64,000 nt of DNA from Malacoraja senta (Eukaryota), in contig CM075994.1 in the NCBI GenBank assembly GCA_038087875.1, forward strand, positions 10,790,001-10,854,000, read 5' to 3'. Shown here in pieces: positions 59,264-64,000 of the stretch (within the stretch, counting starts at the first letter, position 1; each line of letters begins with the position of its first letter). The position numbers and the translations under genes were made by a program. The notes below the pieces were generated by a model. That model saw nothing but the letters and a program-made list of their open reading frames with translations. It was not told the DNA's origin and did no database searches.

Positions 59264-59884
59264 TCTATCCCTGCGGCTGGGGGTTGGGGGTTGGGGGTCG
59301 GGGGGGGGGGGGTCGGAGAGGTCGGGGGAGGAGGTCGTGGGGGGGGGGAGGTCGGGGCAGGGAGTCGTGTGGGAGGAGATCGAGGGGGGGGGTCAGGGGG
59401 GGAGGAAGAGGTCGGGGTGTTGCTGCAGCGCGGTCAGTGACTTTGGGTGGGCGGAGGGAGCAGACCGTCCCCAACTCTGCTGCAGTAGACGTTGCCCGGA
59501 GCCGCGGCCCCACACCACCCAGCCCCGTGTGTGGGCGCTGCCGACCCACAGCCCCTGAAAATGCGGCCCACAGGGGGAGACGGGGCGGAGGGAGGCCGTG
59601 GCCGGACAGCGCTGACCCCGGGGTGGGGTGGGGGGGGGGGTGTGGGCTGTCCCGAGAGATGCGCTCCTTCGGCCGCTTACACCTTGGAGCTCGGGCTCAG
59701 AGCAAAGATACTGGAGCTTTTGCTCATCAGTCACCCAAAAAAAGAACCCCACAATATTGCACTCAAATTTCTCTGACGTTGAGTTCGCTTGTTATAGCAA
59801 AGGCTTATCGAGATTGTGCCGTCTGGACACGACAATGAGTGCGGCTATGAGTCGCGGATGGTAAAATACGCTACACCATGGGAT

Positions 59885-60220
59885 GAGGTGGACAAAAATG
59901 CTGGAGAAACATAGCGGGTGTAGCAGCGTCTATGGAGCGAAGGAAATAGGCAACATTTCGGTCCGAAACCCTTCTTTAGACTGTGTGAGGGTGGGGGGCT
60001 GGGGGGGGGGAGAAGAAAGGAAGAGGAGGAGCCAGAGGGCTGAGGGAGAGCTGAGAAGGGAAGGAGACAGTAAGGACTATCTGAAATTAGAGAGGTCAAA
60101 GTTCGTACCGCTGGGTGACAAACTGCCCAAGCGAAATATGAGGAGCTGCTCCTCCAATTTCCGGTGGTCCTCACTCTGGCCGTGGAGGAGGCCCAGGTCA
60201 GAAAGGTCAGATTCGGAAAG
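59885..60220 (-). mobile_element. Penelope-like element 3' fragment
   Basis: SESDLSDLGLLHGQSEDHRKLEEQLLIFRLG; degenerate hammerhead-like motif at about 59951-59981. Confidence 0.82.
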
Positions 60221-60777
60221 GATGACTATAACTGCATTGCCCGGATAAATAAGTTCAATAATGCCCAATGTGTAAATACACATTCACTGGTCTGGTATGT
60301 TTCCACAACTTCCATCAAAAATACCCAAGGGGGGGTTAGACTTTTCCACAATCGCACTATATTTAGACCCTGAATCATGAGGCTAAGATACAGGAATAGA
60401 GGCATCCGGGGGGAAATCGCGTGATCGTGGGGAGAATGAACAACCACCACACGGGCAGAACCGGAGGTCAGGATCGAACCCATGTCGCTGGAGCTGGCAG
60501 GTGGCAGCTGTAACCACTGGAACAGTCTGCGAGCCACAGCAGCGCTTGTCTTGGGGGCAGTGCAGCAAATTTGTCGATTAAATAAAATGCACGACACCTA
60601 GGAAAGTGATTCTTGCTTTTTATTCCAGATATCTTACTTTCATCACAGATTTTACAAAGGCCTGCGTGATGTTGTTGATTGCAAGGTTTTTAATCGCAGC
60701 TATTCCTTGCCGTCCTTGTGCATTTGACAATTAATTCGACTTGGCTTAATTCTAACTGTATTTTTACAAGTACTACA

Positions 60778-62110
60778 AGTAAGTAAGTTTATTGGCCAAG
60801 TATTCAATTTCAAGGAATTTGCCTGGTGCTCCGCCCACAAGTAACAACATGACATACAGTGACAGTTACGAATGACTCAGAAAACACTAAACATTAATAA
60901 TAATAAAACATTAATGATATAACACTATTGATCAAGCATGTGAACCAACAAAATACCAGATCAAAGGGAGGCTACTGATTTTTGACTGAGTAGAGCAACT
61001 ACTCGTGGATAAATACTGTTATTATGTCTGACTGTAGCAGCTTTGACAATCCGGAGTCGCCTTCCAGAGGGAAGTGATTCAAAGAGTTTGTGGCCAGGGT
61101 GAGAAGGGTCAGAGGTGATCTTACGCGCTCACTTCCTGGCCCTTGCAGTGTGCAGTTCATCAATGGAGGGAAGGTTGCAGCCAATAACCTTCTCTGCTGA
61201 TCGGACGATTCGCTGCAGCCTCCAGGTGTAGTGCTTGGTGGCTGAGCCAAACCAGACCATGATGGAGAAGGTGAGAACAGACTCTACGATGGCCGTGTAG
61301 AATTGGACCAGCATTACCTGTGGCAGATTGTGCTTCCTCAGCTGCCGTAGGAAGTACATCCTCTATTGTGCCTTTTGACTGTAGAGTCGATGGTAGCCCC
61401 CCACTTAAGGTCCTTGGAGATGATGGTTCCCAGGAACTTAAAATACTCCACAGGTGTGATTGTGGTGTTGATGATGGTGAGTGGGGTGAGGGGAGGGGGA
61501 GCTCTCCTAAAGTCTACAATCAATTCCACTGTCTTAAGAGCATTGAGCTCTAGGTTGTTGCGACGGCACCAGGAAGCCAGCTGTGACACTTCCTGTCTGT
61601 ATGCAGATTCCTCCCCATCCTGGATCAGTCCAATCAGGGTTGTGTCATCTGCAAACTTGAGAAGCTTGACAGAGGTGTCTGTGGAGGAGAGGAGAGAGTA
61701 CGCAGCCTTGTGGTGCTCCTATGCTGAGCGTTTGCGGGTCCGAGATATGCTTTCCCAGCCTCACATGCTGCTTCCTGTCTGTCAGGAAGCTGGTGATCCA
61801 CCGACAGAGGGGTTCAGGCACAGTCAACTCGGAAAGTTTGGAGTGTAGTAGCTCTGGCACAATGGTGTTGAATGCAGAGCTAAAATCAACAAACAGGATC
61901 CTCGCATAGGTCCCCTGGCGGTCTAGGTGCTGTAGGATGAAGTGCAGGCCCAGGTTGACTGCATCATCCACAGATCTATTGGCCCGATATGCAAACTGCA
62001 GAGGTTCCAGCAGGGAGATTGTGATATTTCTCAGTTTGGCCAGCACAAGCCTTACAAGTGTCTTCATGACTACAGAGGTCAGTGCGACAGGCATGTAGTC
62101 ATTAAGACAA
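60778..62110 (-). mobile_element. Rex1/Babar-type LINE, 5'-truncated, frameshifted RT
   Basis: LNDYMPVALTSVVMK...LQFAYRANRSVDDAV...FVDFSSAFNTI...GAPQGCVLSPLL; NLELNALKTVELIVDFRR; AATAAACTTACTTACT tail. Confidence 0.85.
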
Positions 62111-62385
62111 GTATTAACCATCGTTTTACACCCCAGTCAGTCTCCTTTTAGGTCTGGTCCTTCTTCGCCCCGCTTCAGACTGTCTTCAACGCATTCTCTG
62201 CGATCCCATTTACATTACGGTCTGTTTAATATCTCACTCACCCCACTGTAGTGTTTGAGGCCAGTCCACCTCAACGCTGAACACTAGCAGCGGAATTCAT
62301 TAGCGTGCGCAGTGGACACTCGTGGTATTGCAGGGGGTTTAGCATCTGAAGGTTGCTTTTGAACCAGGAAGTGCCGGGAGTTAAC

Positions 62386-62917
62386 ATAGCTTCTGAACGC
62401 CAGGCGGAGAGTTGGACTGAGGAGACACTTTGTCCCATCTGCCTGGATTTCTTCGCCGATCGGGTTATACTGGAGTGTGAGCGCAGCTTCTGCCGCTCCT
62501 GCATCACACGGAGTTGGGACAGGGAGGGGAGAAACTCCTGCCCGGAATGTAGAGAGGAGTCTATCGGGCCTTGGTTAGACTGTCTGAGAAAGCTCGAGCA
62601 CTGAGCCTGAACACGGAAGAGAAGGAAAGTAAACTTCACTGCGAGGATGATCATGAAGAACTGAAGCTGGTTTGTCCAGATGCGCGGGAACACAAGTCTC
62701 ACAGCTTCATATCGATTAAAGAAGTTGTTAAAACTGCAAGGTAAAAGCAAACCGACTACGATCACTTGCTTGAATGTATAGTTGAATGTTTATTGTCTAA
62801 CCCCCTTTCTCTCTGATTCCAGGTTCAAGTTAAATCATCCATACAATCTCTGTAATCAAAAAATCAGCCATCGAGGAAATGGAAGAGCAACAGAAGCAGA
62901 AGATTTCTCAAGGCCGG
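62386..62917 (+). pseudogene. TRIM-C pseudogene, exons 1-2 (62386-62740, 62823-62917)
   Basis: ATA in place of ATG; RING has lost its His (CERSFC); frameshifting deletions after CPECREE; truncated B-box; exon 2 is 95 nt with an in-frame TAA. Confidence 0.82.
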
Positions 62918-63074
62918 GTGAGGCCTTGCTGTGCGGCATTTCTGAACGTGTTGTGTCATTTTGTATTTTGGTCAATGCACTACTGCGTAGCGTGGCAGCA
63001 GTTAGTTGTGCTGCTTCACCGTGGTACGCCCCTGAGCCTCTGGTACTCTCTGCGTGAAACCGCTATGTTTTCGC

Positions 63075-64000
63075 TGTGACGAGGATGGGCTCCGCCCTCA
63101 TCTACATAACACGTCCATTTTATTCAGGGAACGGGGGTTCCCCTCCTCCACCATAGATGAGGCTCGCACCAGGGTCTCTGCCATACCCCGCAACACTGCT
63201 CTCTCTCCCCATCCCCCCACTCACAACAAGGGCAGAGTCCCCCTAGTCCTCACCTTTCACCCCACCAGCCGTCACATACAACAACTGATCCTCCGTCAGT
63301 TTCGCCACCTCCAACGTGACGCCACCACTCGCCACATCTTCCATCTCCCCCCATGTCTGCCTTCCGCAAAGACCGCTCCCTCCGTAACTCCCTTGTCAAT
63401 TCTTCCCTTCCCTCCCATACCACCCCCTCCCCTGGTACTTTCCCTTGCAACCGCAAGAGATGCAACACCTTTCCCTTCACCTCCCCCCTCCACTCCATTC
63501 AAGGACCCAAGCAGTCGTTCCAGGTGCGACAGAGGTTCACCTGCGTCTCCTCCAACCTCATCTATTGCATTCGCTGCTCTAGATGCCAGCTGATCTACAT
63601 CGGTGAGACCAAGCGGAGGCTTGGCGATCGTTTCGCCGAACACCTCCGGTCGGTCCGCAATAACCAACCTGAACTCCCGGTGGCTCAGCACTTCAACTCC
63701 CCCTCCCATTCCGTATCTGACCTCTCTGTCCTGGGTCTCCTCCATGGCCACAGCGAGCAACACCGTAAATTGGAGGAAATGCACCTCATATTCCGCTTGG
63801 GCAGTCTACGTCCTGGGGGTTTGAACATTGAATTCTCCCAATTCTGCTAGCCCTTGCTGTCCCCTCCCCTTCATCAGCCATCTGGTTGTCTCCTCCCCTC
63901 CCCCAGCCCTCGGGCTCCTCATCCGCCTTTTTCCTTTTTTCCTTTTTTCCTTTCTTCTCCCCACCACCTATCAGTCTGAAGAAGGGTTTCGGCCCGAATC
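63075..64000 (+). mobile_element. Neptune-type Penelope-like element (RT C-terminus, Cys linker, GIY-YIG, terminus); runs off the window
   Basis: FRERGFPSSTID...VPLVLTFHP; PCNRKRC...FTCVSSNLIYCIRCSRCQLIYIGETKRRLGDRFAEH...GLNIEF; CTGAAGAAGGGTTTCGGCCCGAA at 63976. Confidence 0.9.

Noticed and set aside
59252..59864. Gly/Arg- and Pro-rich ORFs
   Set aside because: Low-complexity GC-rich sequence lacking stops by composition; no domain or splice structure.

Overview
Eukaryotic, vertebrate genomic DNA, most likely from a cartilaginous fish (skate, ray or shark; inferred from the CR1, V-SINE/HE1-type and Neptune-type Penelope repeats). It is part of a tandem TRIM (RING/B-box/coiled-coil/PRY-SPRY) gene cluster. 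I reconstructed two apparently intact six-exon minus-strand genes from GT-AG boundaries and exon phases: TRIM-A (12416-3376, 475 aa) and TRIM-B (52537-17002, 503 aa). A divergently oriented TRIM pseudogene starts at about 62386. Nearly everything else is transposon-derived. Intron 3 of TRIM-B is inflated from about 0.64 kb (in TRIM-A) to about 26 kb by one nested stack. That stack is a CR1 containing a 21-kb BEL/Pao LTR element (CTGGG target duplication) and a THAP-bearing DNA element. The BEL element in turn holds a Crack/L2-group LINE, an L1 fragment, DNA transposons, two further CR1s, a Rex1 fragment, a 93-bp hammerhead-like insert and a 4.3-kb tandem duplication. The most unusual observations are: (1) a tRNA-Asp cassette inside the BEL element, which has no canonical TGG primer-binding site; (2) minimal hammerhead-ribozyme motifs at Penelope termini, one inserted on its own with a 10-bp TSD; (3) a 3'-truncated L1 flanked by a 197-bp duplication; (4) a templated inverted copy of the last splice acceptor of TRIM-B. 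All coordinates were read by eye, and repeat boundaries may be off by a few bases.
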